From Thermoplasmata archaeon (GTDB lineage: Archaea; Thermoplasmatota; Thermoplasmata; GCA-020350865), in contig CP070751.1 of the NCBI GenBank assembly GCA_020348445.1, forward strand, positions 4,321,723-4,385,722: a stretch of DNA of 64,000 nt. The letters run 5' to 3'. This document shows positions 29,944 to 40,300 of the stretch, in pieces. The notes beneath the pieces are model-generated. The model worked only from the letters and a program-made list of their open reading frames with translations, made no database searches and had not been told where the DNA came from. Position numbers and translations under genes: made by a program. Position 1 is the stretch's first letter; every line of letters begins with the position of its first letter.

Positions 29944-30411
29944 ATGCAAGTAATGATAATTTTGGGCAGTAAGAGCGATACTCCAGTATCAGAGAAAGCT
30001 GAAAGTATTTTGGATGAATTGGGAGTGGAATACGAAATCTTTATAGCCTCGGCACACAGAACTCCTGATAGAGTAAAGGAACTGGTAGAAGCCTCGGATG
30101 CCAAGGTCTTCCTCGCCATAGCGGGAATGTCTGCTGCATTGCCTGGAGTTGTGGCCTCACATACCCTAAAACCTGTAATTGGAGTGCCTGTATCTGGAAA
30201 ATTGAATATGGATGCCATGCTATCTATCCTTCAAATGCCTCCAGGCATACCTGTTGGTACTGTGGGCTTGGACAATGGTAAAAATGCTGCATTGCTTGCA
30301 TGCGAAATTTTGGCTTTAACAGACAAAGAACTCGAGGGGAAATTGAGGGAATACAGGAAGAGGATGCAAGAGAAGGTTTTGAGTGATTCTGAAAGTCTCG
30401 CTTCTAAATGA
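29944..30411 (+). CDS. purE: N5-carboxyaminoimidazole ribonucleotide mutase
   Basis: [46 protein letters not shown]. Confidence 0.97.
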   Translation: MQVMIILGSKSDTPVSEKAESILDELGVEYEIFIASAHRTPDRVKELVEASDAKVFLAIAGMSAALPGVVASHTLKPVIGVPVSGKLNMDAMLSILQMPPGIPVGTVGLDNGKNAALLACEILALTDKELEGKLREYRKRMQEKVLSDSESLASK

Positions 30412-30452
30412 GATTGAATTATCCTCAAATCATATTGGTTAGGAGTGTCTTT

Positions 30453-31400
30453 ATGTTCGATCCTGAGAAATTCGTTGATGAGAAGGTAAATGAACTTAAA
30501 GAGCAGATTCAAGACAAGGCAGTAATTGGTGTTTCGGGAGGAGTGGACAGCACCGTGGCTGCTGTCCTGGCAAGTAGAGCCATAGGTGATCAACTGGTAG
30601 CGGTTTATGTGGACACAGGTTTTATGAGGAAGGGTGAGACCGAATTTGTTGGAGATATGCTCGATAAGCTAGGAGTTAATTTTCGCATCTATAAGGCCGG
30701 TGATGAATACTTTGAGGCACTTTCGGGGATAATCGAACCTGAAGAAAAGAGGCGGATTATTGGGGAGAAGTTCATTCGTAATTTCGAAGCCGTGGCCAAA
30801 GAAGAGAAGGCTAGGTACCTTGTCCAGGGGACCATTGCTCCAGATTGGATAGAGTCAGGCGGGGGTCTTAGGGACACCATAAAATCCCATCATAATGTGG
30901 GGGCACTACCCAAGGATATGGATCTTACGCTTATCGAGCCCCTTAGGGATATTTATAAGGATGAGGTAAGGAAGGTGGCAAGATTTCTGGGTGTCCCTGT
31001 TGCCGAAAGGCAACCCTTCCCAGGACCTGGACTGGCTGTAAGAATCCTGGGGGAATGCACACATGAGGCCACAGATATCGTAAGAGAGGCCTGTGCCATA
31101 GTTGAAGAGGAGATAGATTCTGCATCAGATAAAGGGGATATGGAAAGACCCTGGCAGTACTTTGCAGCCCTTTTGCCTGTCAAGAGCGTTGGAGTGCAGG
31201 GGGATGTGAGGGCATATGGATACACAATCGTGGTGAGGGCGGTGCAGTCCATAGATGGAATGACGGCCGCATATTCCAAAATACCGCATCATGTACTGCA
31301 ACGAATCTCAGAGAGGATCACGAACACAATGGGGGATAGGGTCAATAGGGTTGTTTACGATATCACGAACAAGCCTCCGGGGACTATCGAGTGGGAATGA
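30453..31400 (+). CDS. guaAB: GMP synthase, ATP pyrophosphatase subunit B
   Basis: GVSGGVDSTV, QGTIAPDWIES, IKSHHNVG, RQPFPGPGLAVR, YDITNKPPGTIEWE. Likely start MFDPEKF at 30453. Confidence 0.95.
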   Translation: MFDPEKFVDEKVNELKEQIQDKAVIGVSGGVDSTVAAVLASRAIGDQLVAVYVDTGFMRKGETEFVGDMLDKLGVNFRIYKAGDEYFEALSGIIEPEEKRRIIGEKFIRNFEAVAKEEKARYLVQGTIAPDWIESGGGLRDTIKSHHNVGALPKDMDLTLIEPLRDIYKDEVRKVARFLGVPVAERQPFPGPGLAVRILGECTHEATDIVREACAIVEEEIDSASDKGDMERPWQYFAALLPVKSVGVQGDVRAYGYTIVVRAVQSIDGMTAAYSKIPHHVLQRISERITNTMGDRVNRVVYDITNKPPGTIEWE

Positions 31401-31617
31401 TACTAACTTTTCCTGGAGTCTTTGATATTTTTTACTAGACCTTTAGATCCGGGATGCCGGCTTCATCAACGATTTCCTAAGGCCATGAGACTGCTGAGGA
31501 TTATCCTTATTTATTACTATTGAGTCTCGTTACTTAATGTTATGGACGAATCTGGAGAGTTTTGTAGCTTTAATGCATAATAGAAAGCTTTATTAAATAG
31601 CTTTCTAATATACTATC

Positions 31618-32892
31618 ATGGATTTCAAAGTTATTGTCAAGGAACAACTTAAAGAATTGGAGGAAATCGATAGACAAGAAACGTTTATTTTACGAGAATT
31701 TGAAAAGGATGCAAGTAAGTTTCTTAGATATCCAAATATTTTAGCTGTTCTGGGTGTTAGACGATGTGGGAAATCAATATTCTCTTATATGCTGACAAAA
31801 GGACATGATTTTGGTTATATCAATTTTGACGATGAGAGGCTTATCGGGGTTTCGGCCGGGGATCTTAATAGGGTTCTTGAAGCATTTTACGAACTGTACG
31901 GTGATGTCGAATATATCGTTCTAGATGAGATTCAGAACATTAAAAATTGGGAACTGTTCGCAAATAGGCTGAGAAGGACAAAAAAAGTCATTATTACAGG
32001 AAGCAATTCAAAACTTTTAACAGGAGAACTTGCAACGCATCTTACCGGTAGATACATCGATATCCAACTCTTTCCATTCTCTTTTCGTGAGTTTTTAAGC
32101 TTAAAACGTTTTACATCATCGAAGGTATATACTACAAAAGAAAAAGCCAAGTTGTTTGGGCTTCTGAACGAATATTTGAAACTCGGAGGTCTCCCAGAGG
32201 TTTATAAATTTGGAAAGGGAATACTTCCCCGTATATATGATGATATCATAACAAAGGATATCGTTTTAAGGTACAGAATAAGAAAGAGAGAGGAGTTAAG
32301 GAAGCTAGCAAGGTATCTTGTCACCAACTTTGCCGGAGAAATCAGTTATAGTAAGTTATCAAGGATTTTGGGTATCAAGCATGTCTCAACAGTATCCAAT
32401 TGGATATCATATCTCGAACAAGCATTTTTGATAATAAAATTAGAGAGGTTTGATTTCAAGCTGAAACAGCAGTTTGTAGCCCCGAAAAAGGTATACGCAA
32501 TCGATAGTGGGATAGCAAATTCAATAGGTTTCAGTTCATCAGAAAACACAGGGCGAATCATGGAGAACACTGTTGCTGTAGAATTACAAAGACAATGTGG
32601 TTCTGGGCGGATATTCGAAGTTTACTACTGGAAAGATCATCAACAAAATGAAGTCGATTTTGTATTAAAGGATGGTCCGAAGGTTAAACAGCTTGTCCAG
32701 GTTACATATGCCACCGAAAGACATGAGGTGAATGAAAGGGAGACCAAGTCCTTATTAAAAGCGTCCAAAGAATTGAGGTGCAATAATCTATTGGTGATTA
32801 CATGGGATCTCTCAGGTAAAGAGAAAATAGGTGAGAAGGAGGTAACCTTCATACCCCTATGGACATGGTTATTACAAATTGATCGATTATGA
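31618..32892 (+). CDS. AAA+ ATPase with DUF4143 C-terminal domain (AAA_14/DUF4143 accessory family)
   Basis: GVRRCGKS Walker A, LDEIQN Walker B, TGSNSKLL, LTGR, PKKVYAIDSG, YYWKD..NEVDFV, QVT. Confidence 0.9.
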   Translation: MDFKVIVKEQLKELEEIDRQETFILREFEKDASKFLRYPNILAVLGVRRCGKSIFSYMLTKGHDFGYINFDDERLIGVSAGDLNRVLEAFYELYGDVEYIVLDEIQNIKNWELFANRLRRTKKVIITGSNSKLLTGELATHLTGRYIDIQLFPFSFREFLSLKRFTSSKVYTTKEKAKLFGLLNEYLKLGGLPEVYKFGKGILPRIYDDIITKDIVLRYRIRKREELRKLARYLVTNFAGEISYSKLSRILGIKHVSTVSNWISYLEQAFLIIKLERFDFKLKQQFVAPKKVYAIDSGIANSIGFSSSENTGRIMENTVAVELQRQCGSGRIFEVYYWKDHQQNEVDFVLKDGPKVKQLVQVTYATERHEVNERETKSLLKASKELRCNNLLVITWDLSGKEKIGEKEVTFIPLWTWLLQIDRL

Positions 32893-32902
32893 TTTTAAAT
32901 CT

Positions 32903-33058
32903 TCACTCCGCCTCTTTAATCACCCTTATTCGGTCTTTCCCGCCAAACCATGTGCCGTCTAATAATTGCCTTGTGATCACTATGCTTTCTTGCTTCCCGA
33001 CGTTTAGCAAAACCTGAACCTCGGACCTATGGCGCCTCACATGGTCATATTCCGGCGA
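32903..33058 (-). pseudogene. Probable remnant of the C-terminal domain of a surface protein
   Basis: Minus frame reads SPEYDHVRRHRSEVQVLLNVGKQESIVITRQLLDGTWFGGKDRIRVIKEAE*. From memory this resembles the DxDGIPDLMVKFDRSxV...TGxLxDGTxFxGxDxIRV C-terminal module of archaeal surface proteins. No start codon or RBS in frame. Confidence 0.4.
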
Positions 33059-33132
33059 TATAAAACATGAATTCCCCCGAAATCATAATATAACTTCTTT
33101 TTAATCACCGAACCGGGTTGTGGTGATCTATC

Positions 33133-34245
33133 ATGAAATTGCATGAATACAAGGCCAAGGAGATATTCTCTAACTATGGCATTCCTGTTCCTTCTGGCAT
33201 CCTGGTAAAGGATCCAAATGAACTTAAGGAGTTCAAATTTCCGGCGGTGCTCAAATCCCAGGTTCTCGTTGGAGGAAGAGGAAAGGCAGGAGGAATAAAG
33301 TTCGCAGATAATCTTGATGAGGCCAAAGAAAAGATAGACGAACTACTGAAAATGGAAATCAAAGGCCTCCCTGTGAAGTTGGTATTGGTGGAGGCAAAGG
33401 CTGAAATCTTAAAGGAACTGTATGTGGGTTTTGTAGTGGACAGAACAGCCAAAAGAAATGTCCTTATCATGTCCTCAGAAGGTGGAGTGAACATCGAGGA
33501 GGTTGCCCAAAGAAGTCCTGATAAAGTTGTCAAGTTCCAAATCGATCCTTCGGAAGGTCTTCCAACCCATAAGATAACAAACCTGGCAAAGAAGATTGGC
33601 TTGAAAGGCAAGGAAATGGTCTCTGTGGTGGGGGTAGTTAATAGACTGAATAAAGTGTTTTCAGACTACGATGCAGAGCTTGCAGAGATCAACCCCCTCG
33701 CAGTAACACCGGAAGGGCTTTTGGGTGTTGATGCAAAACTCCTCGTTGATGATAATTCACTGTATCGCCACAAAGACCTGGCAAAGGAGTTCGCCAAAAG
33801 TGAGGAATTTACGGACATCGAAAAGAGGGCCAAGGACGCCGGATTATCATACGTAGAGCTGGAGGGCGACATAGGTGTCATCGGATGCGGGGCAGGGCTT
33901 GTTATGGCCTCCCTGGACACCCTCAAACTCTATGGAGGAGCAGCAGCGAACTTCCTTGATGTGGGCGGTGGGGCAACGAAAGAGAACATGAGATCTGCGC
34001 TGGAGCTTGTGGTACAAAAAGAGGGAGTGAAATCAATATTCATCAACATATTCGGTGGTATCACACGTTGTGACGAGATTGCCAAGGGAATAGTTGATTT
34101 CGCACCCAAGACTCCAATCTCTGTTCGAATGATGGGTACAAATGAAGAGGAAGGAAAGCAGATACTGAGGGACAACGGATACAGTGTTTCAGAGACAATA
34201 GAGGAAAGTGCAAAAGAGGCAATAGAGCTTGCCAGGGGTGGGTAA
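33133..34245 (+). CDS. sucC: Succinyl-CoA synthetase (ADP-forming) beta subunit
   Basis: MKLHEYKAKE, KSQVLVGGRGKAGGI, AEINPL, DAKL, GCGAGLVMASLD, ANFLDVGGGA, NIFGGITRCD. Confidence 0.96.
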   Translation: MKLHEYKAKEIFSNYGIPVPSGILVKDPNELKEFKFPAVLKSQVLVGGRGKAGGIKFADNLDEAKEKIDELLKMEIKGLPVKLVLVEAKAEILKELYVGFVVDRTAKRNVLIMSSEGGVNIEEVAQRSPDKVVKFQIDPSEGLPTHKITNLAKKIGLKGKEMVSVVGVVNRLNKVFSDYDAELAEINPLAVTPEGLLGVDAKLLVDDNSLYRHKDLAKEFAKSEEFTDIEKRAKDAGLSYVELEGDIGVIGCGAGLVMASLDTLKLYGGAAANFLDVGGGATKENMRSALELVVQKEGVKSIFINIFGGITRCDEIAKGIVDFAPKTPISVRMMGTNEEEGKQILRDNGYSVSETIEESAKEAIELARGG

Positions 34246-35106
34246 ATGGCCATAATAATTGATGAGAATACCAAGGCAATTGTGCAGGGAATAACAGGTG
34301 GTCAAGGGAGATTTCATACAAAAGCCATGAAGGACTATGGTACCAACATAGTGGCTGGTGTGACCCCTGGGAAAGGCGGAAACTCAGTTGAGGATATACC
34401 TGTGTATGACAGCATCAGCGAGGTACCAAACGATATAAACGCATCCATAATATTCGTGCCAGCACCCTTTGCCAAGGATGCTGCATTGGAAGCAATTGAC
34501 TTTGGATTGAATCCTGTGGTGATAATTACAGAGCGCATACCTATTCACGATTCCATACAAATCATGAAAAAGGCGGAGAGCAAGGGAATTGACGTTATTG
34601 GTCCCAACACACCGGGCATCATCTCCCCAGAAAAATCTAAAATGGGTGTCATGCCCTCCCATGTTTTTTCCCAGGGGAGTGTGGGTCTGATTTCCAGAAG
34701 CGGCACACTAACCTACGAGATAGCGAACAATTTAAGCAGGGCAGGTCTTGGGCAGTCCACAACAGTGGGACTTGGAGGCGATCCTGTTGTTGGTCTCAGC
34801 TTTGTAGATGTATTGAAGAAATTTGACAAGGATGATCAAACCAAGGCCGTAGTTCTTGTGGGGGAGATCGGAGGCAATGCCGAGGAGACAGCGGCAAAGT
34901 TCATAAAAGATAGCTTTTCAAAGCCAGTTGTGGCTTATATCGCAGGAAGAACAGCACCCCCAGGAAAAAGAATGGGACATGCTGGGGCCATAGTCTCAGG
35001 AGGAATGGGCACAGCTGACAGCAAGATTGCGGCTTTAGGCGAGGGGGGTGTTGATGTGGCCGAGCTCCCAAGTGATGTCGTGAGATTGCTTAAAGAGAAA
35101 ATGTAA
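34246..35106 (+). CDS. sucD: Succinyl-CoA synthetase alpha subunit
   Basis: [38 protein letters not shown], phospho-His motif KRMGHAGAI. Confidence 0.97.
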   Translation: MAIIIDENTKAIVQGITGGQGRFHTKAMKDYGTNIVAGVTPGKGGNSVEDIPVYDSISEVPNDINASIIFVPAPFAKDAALEAIDFGLNPVVIITERIPIHDSIQIMKKAESKGIDVIGPNTPGIISPEKSKMGVMPSHVFSQGSVGLISRSGTLTYEIANNLSRAGLGQSTTVGLGGDPVVGLSFVDVLKKFDKDDQTKAVVLVGEIGGNAEETAAKFIKDSFSKPVVAYIAGRTAPPGKRMGHAGAIVSGGMGTADSKIAALGEGGVDVAELPSDVVRLLKEKM

Positions 35107-35430
35107 AGAAATGAGAATAATGGGAATATTTGGGGGAACCCTTTTTCTTTTGCTAAGTGAATTTCGCTCACTATTCCCAATCAATGAACAAGTTCCTTTC
35201 TTAGGGCTAAGGGCCCCCTTTCTCCTTTCACCTTGGCCTACCAATATTTAAATTATTTTTTTAATACACTTAGACCTAAGATTATAATTAAATATGTCTA
35301 TTTTTTAATCCTGAGGGTCCCCTTCCCTCTTTTACCCATCCTAACTTCTTCGAATCTCATTGGGATGAACATATTACATTATCATTCCTAATTTAAGCAT
35401 ATACCTTTTTATCCCCCCATTCTATACCCG

Positions 35431-37206
35431 ATGGCGATGAGAATAGCTGTATTATTGAGAGACCGATGCCAGCCCAAACGCTGTGCTTTAGAGTGCTTTA
35501 AATACTGCCCTAAGGTGAGAACAGGGGACGAGACAATTGTAATGGGCGAAGATGAAAAGCCCATAATATCTGAGGAGCTTTGCCCAGGATGCGGAATATG
35601 TATCCACAAGTGTCCCTTCGAAGCCATTAGGGTAATAGGCCTTCCCGAGGAATTGGAGGAGGATCTAGTGCACCAGTTCGGTAAAAACGGCTTTAGGTTA
35701 TTTAGGCTGCCCTGGCCCAAGGAGGGCAAGGTCATCGGACTTCTAGGGCCCAACGCCATAGGAAAGACCACAGTCATCAACATACTTTCCGGCAATTTAG
35801 TACCTAATCTAGGAAATTACGAGTCAGATGCCCGATGGGAACCTGTTTTAGAGTATTATGCAGGAACAGAACTTCATGATCACCTCAAAAAAATAGCAGA
35901 TGAGAACGTAAAAACCTCACTCAAACCCCAATATGTAGATAAAATACCGAAACTCTACAATGAGAAGGTAAAGGGGCTCCTTAGGAAGATGGATGAAATA
36001 GGGAAACTTGATAGTGTTCTTGAAAGCATGGATCTACAAGGCTGTCTTGATAGGAAAACGACCGAACTTTCTGGTGGTGAGCTTCAGAGAATGACCATAG
36101 CTGCAGCCATGCTAAAAGATGCCGATATCTATTTCTTTGACGAGCCGTCATCTTACTTGGATATACACCAGCGATTATCTGTGGCAAAGACCATCAGGGC
36201 ACTATCTTCTGAGAAGCAGGTGGTTGTAATAGAGCACGATCTGGCTGTTTTAGACTTTTTAGGTGATGAGGTTTACCTCATGTACGGCTCTGAGGGGGCC
36301 TACGGTGTAATTGCGCAACCAAGGGCAGTGAGAAGCGCAATCAATACATATCTTTCAGGATACATGAGGGAGGAGAACATAAGGTTCAGGGAGACTGAGA
36401 TAAGGTTTGAAACCCATGCACCCAGGACAGGTTGGGATACGGTAACGCTAGTCTCCTTTGGACAGCTTGAAATGAAGCTAAACGGCTTCGTCCTCGAGAC
36501 TAAAGCCGGAAAATTGAGTGCAGGGGAGGTGGTGGGAGTAGTGGGCCGCAACTCCACTGGCAAGACAACGTTTGTGAAGATGCTTGCAGGGATTATAAAG
36601 CCCACAAAAGGGGATTTGGAATCAACTGTCAAGGTCAGCTACAAACCTCAATATTTAAAACCTGATTTTGATGGAACTGTAAAAGATCTTCTACTCACAA
36701 AAATTACCGATTCATACAAATCCGGATTTTTCACATCTGAGGTTGCCCATCCCCTCAATTTGAAACCCCTTTTGGATTCTGAGGTGATGAGTCTCTCTGG
36801 TGGAGAGCTTCAAAGGGTAGCAATAGCGTTGTGCCTTGGTTCCGAAGCAGATATCTACCTGATAGATGAGCCCTCAGCATACCTTGATTCCAGCCAGAGG
36901 ATGGTTGCCGCAAGGACAATAAGAAGGGTCATGGAAAAAAGCGGAAAATCGGCCTTTATAGTGGATCATGATGTATATTTCATAGATTTGGTCTCCGATT
37001 CACTGATGGTATTTGGTGGAGAGCCATCAATTCATGGGATAGGAGAGGGACCTTTTAACCTTCGCGAAGGAATGAATAAATTCCTGAAAAACGTGGACAT
37101 CACTTTTAGAAGAGATCCAGACACCAAAAGACCCAGGATTAACAAGCTCGATTCTGTTTTGGATAGGGAACAAAAGGCCAAAGGAGAGTTTTACTACACA
37201 AGTTAG
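35431..37206 (+). CDS. abce1: Ribosome recycling factor ABCE1 (Rli1)
   Basis: Fe-S domain CQPKRC..C..YCP / CPGCGICIHKCP, two ABC cassettes (GPNAIGKT, GRNSTGKT, LSGGELQR twice), FRRDPDTKRPRINK. Confidence 0.97.
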   Translation: MAMRIAVLLRDRCQPKRCALECFKYCPKVRTGDETIVMGEDEKPIISEELCPGCGICIHKCPFEAIRVIGLPEELEEDLVHQFGKNGFRLFRLPWPKEGKVIGLLGPNAIGKTTVINILSGNLVPNLGNYESDARWEPVLEYYAGTELHDHLKKIADENVKTSLKPQYVDKIPKLYNEKVKGLLRKMDEIGKLDSVLESMDLQGCLDRKTTELSGGELQRMTIAAAMLKDADIYFFDEPSSYLDIHQRLSVAKTIRALSSEKQVVVIEHDLAVLDFLGDEVYLMYGSEGAYGVIAQPRAVRSAINTYLSGYMREENIRFRETEIRFETHAPRTGWDTVTLVSFGQLEMKLNGFVLETKAGKLSAGEVVGVVGRNSTGKTTFVKMLAGIIKPTKGDLESTVKVSYKPQYLKPDFDGTVKDLLLTKITDSYKSGFFTSEVAHPLNLKPLLDSEVMSLSGGELQRVAIALCLGSEADIYLIDEPSAYLDSSQRMVAARTIRRVMEKSGKSAFIVDHDVYFIDLVSDSLMVFGGEPSIHGIGEGPFNLREGMNKFLKNVDITFRRDPDTKRPRINKLDSVLDREQKAKGEFYYTS

Positions 37207-37386
37207 CATTTATTTTAAGCTTTAAATGGTAATCTCTTCGAATTTCGGACACTTACAAGAGATCGTAACATATAAACAAACTTTCACTCAATTCACTACA
37301 AAGTTTTGCTATATTTTATTTAAATATGTACAGGAGGGATAACATTACATTGAAAGCACATTACTTGAGAATTTACGAGGACTTAC

Positions 37387-40300
37387 ATGCCAACTGAAGA
37401 TAATAACACCCTTTCATGCCCTTTCTGTGGAAAAGAGATATCTTATGGCGATACCAAGTGCAGCAATTGCGGCCGAAAATTGATAAAAGAAAAAGAGAAC
37501 GGCACAAAAAGGGGCCTTGGCAGAGCCCTTTCTGAAAAATACTGGAAAAAGATCACAGAGTTGGAGAGGAGGAAGAAGAAGGAGGCCGAAAAACCACAAG
37601 ATAAGGAGATTATCCTGGGTGTATTCTCCCTCATACCAGACATAGGGCGGAGCCGGGCAGAGGCTTTTTGGGACGCGGGTTTCAGATCATTGGAGGATCT
37701 GAGGAAGGCGTCATTGGATGAAATTGCGGCTGTAAAAGGGATTGGTAGGGCATTGGCCGAGAAAATTCAAAGTAACTTATCAAGACCTGAAAAAAGAATC
37801 GAGAGAGGAGAGCTCCTCATATGCACCAATTGTGGTGCGCTTTTAAGCTCTTCTGCCATACGCTGTGGCCTATGCGGTGTAAAGGTTCAAGAGGAAGAGC
37901 TTGCAGAAGAGGAGATTATAGAAGAAGAAGGGATGGAAGAAGAGCCGGATTTATATCTTTGTCCCGAATGCGGGTCCTTCTTGGCACCTGGGGCTGTTGA
38001 GTGCGGCGAATGCGGAGCCGTCTTCGAAATGGAAGAAGGTGAGGAAGTCGAAGAAATCGAGCCCCCACCAAAGATGGTAAAAGAAAAGGAGGAAGTGGAG
38101 GAGCTCAGGGCACTGTTTCTCTGTCCCAATTGTGGAGCCTTCTTGGCCCCTGACAAAGAGGTATGCGATAAATGTGGTGTCAAGACAAGGGAAATCGAAG
38201 AAAAAATCGAGGAGGAAGGAGAAAGAGAGCGGGAGCTTCTTGAAGAAATGTTGATTGAGTTGGAACCTGAAATAGAGAAGGTTTCTGCAGAATATGGAGA
38301 GGATCTATCTGAACTGTTCATTTGTCCAGAGTGTGGATCATTCCTCACAACCGGGGCTACTGAATGCAGCTATTGCGGTGTTGCCTTTGAGGAAGAAGAA
38401 GAGGTTGAAGAGCTGGAAAAGGTAGAGGTCGCACTTGAGAGAATAGAAGCCGCTCTGGAAAAGGAGATTGAGGCTGAAGAAGTATCTGCAGAATATGGAG
38501 AGGATCTATCTGAACTGTTCATTTGTCCAGAATGCGGTTCTTTTTTAAATATAGGTGCAACTGAATGTAGCTTTTGTGGTGTGGTATTTGAGGAGGAGGT
38601 AGAAGAAGAGATAGCAGAGCCTGAAAAAGAAGTCAAGGTCGAAGAGGTAGCTGCAGAATATGGAGAGGATCTGTCTGAGCTGTTCATCTGTCCTGAGTGC
38701 GGCTCCTTTTTAACCACCGGCGCTGAGAAGTGTAGTTACTGCGGTGTGGTCTTTGAGGAGGAAGAGGAGGAGGTAAAAATTGAGGAAGAAGCTCCCTCTC
38801 TTTTGCCTAAAAAGTTACCTGATTTCTGGTATAAAAAGGAAGAGGAAGAGGTTTATTTATGTCCAAATTGCGGGTCCTTCCTTACCACAGGTGTTGAGGA
38901 ATGCCGCAGTTGCGGTGTGAAAATCGAACCTGGGATGGAGATTAATGCTTTAGCCGAGATTTCAGGGGAGCCAAAAAAGGTACCTGATTACTGGATTAAG
39001 GAAAAGGAGCCATCATCTCTATTTATTTGCCCTGAATGTGGTGCCTTCAACAAAGATGAATCCACCCATTGTAGTATCTGCGGTGTAGGCTTAAAAGAAG
39101 AGGTGGAGGAAGAATTAGAGGAAGAGGTTCCCCTTAAGGAGGTTCTAGGAGAAGAACCGATAGTAGAAGAAGAGCCATTGATAGAGGAAGAGCCACTGGT
39201 ATTAGAAGAAGAGATCAGAAGGAAGGAAATCGATTTGGAGGAGGAAATCGCGGAGGAAATCGAAGAGGAGATCAGGAGCTTAGAGGTATCTTTAGAGGAA
39301 GTAAAACCCTTGAAGGTTCCGGGTTTGATAAATGGGCTGTCAAACGGATTATCAAACGGTCTCTCAAACGGTCTCTCAAATGGCCTTTCAAATGGTCTTC
39401 GAATGAGAAGAAAGAGCCTCGCCGGAGTCACAAATGGTATTACCAATGGTGTAACAAACGGTCTCACAAATGGACTGCGTAGGCTCAGATTGGGTCTTGT
39501 CAATGGCCTTACAAATGGCAATGGAATAACAGACGGAGTAGGTCCCATAAAGGACGCTCTTAAAAGAGCTAGCGGCACTATCCGTGTGGTGGTCCTGGTG
39601 GGCATTGTTTTACTGCTTTTGGCTTCTCCATACCTCATTAATTTGTTGATTCCTTCACGTCATCCCATGGAGATCGATGGCGACTTCAGCGAGTGGGCAG
39701 ATATACCTGGTTATTCGGATTCATTATCAGACCTAACTCGAAATCAGGATGTCAACATCGTTGAGTACAAACTGACCATCAACAAATGGGGCGATATGGC
39801 GTTCTATCTAAAAGTGAACGGTACCATCCTAAATGGGATCTACGGTATGGACTCAGTCAATATTTTCATAGATGAGGACGGTAATTCTAGCACAGGCTAT
39901 AGGATATCCACCTTGGGAGCAGACAAGATGATCGGTGTGGTGGGATGGGACCACAATATATATGAGGGAGCTTACAGCCAATTCAATATGTCGCGCTCGC
40001 AATTGGACCTAAACGGATTCGATGTATTTTATAAAATACCTGTTGCCATTGGCAAAGATAAACTTGAGACTAAGATATGGCTTTCCACCCTGAGTATGGA
40101 ACTGAATAGGCCCGTGAGGATACTTTTCAGCGCAAGGGATACAGCGGGCAATGAAGACATATCAGATGTCATAATAAGCCAAATTTACGGTGCCCTTAAA
40201 ATAAGAGAGACGAGCACAGCCCCAGAGAAAATCCCAAAAGGTGCAAGCAGGGTGTCTATGTTGAAGCTTGATTTGAATGCAATGGGTGAGGATATTTCAA

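Noticed and set aside
35106-35431. G/C-run-rich intergenic region between sucD and ABCE1 and its short ORFs
   Set aside because: Only short, imperfect stems and homopolymer runs; no convincing RNA family or coding signal.
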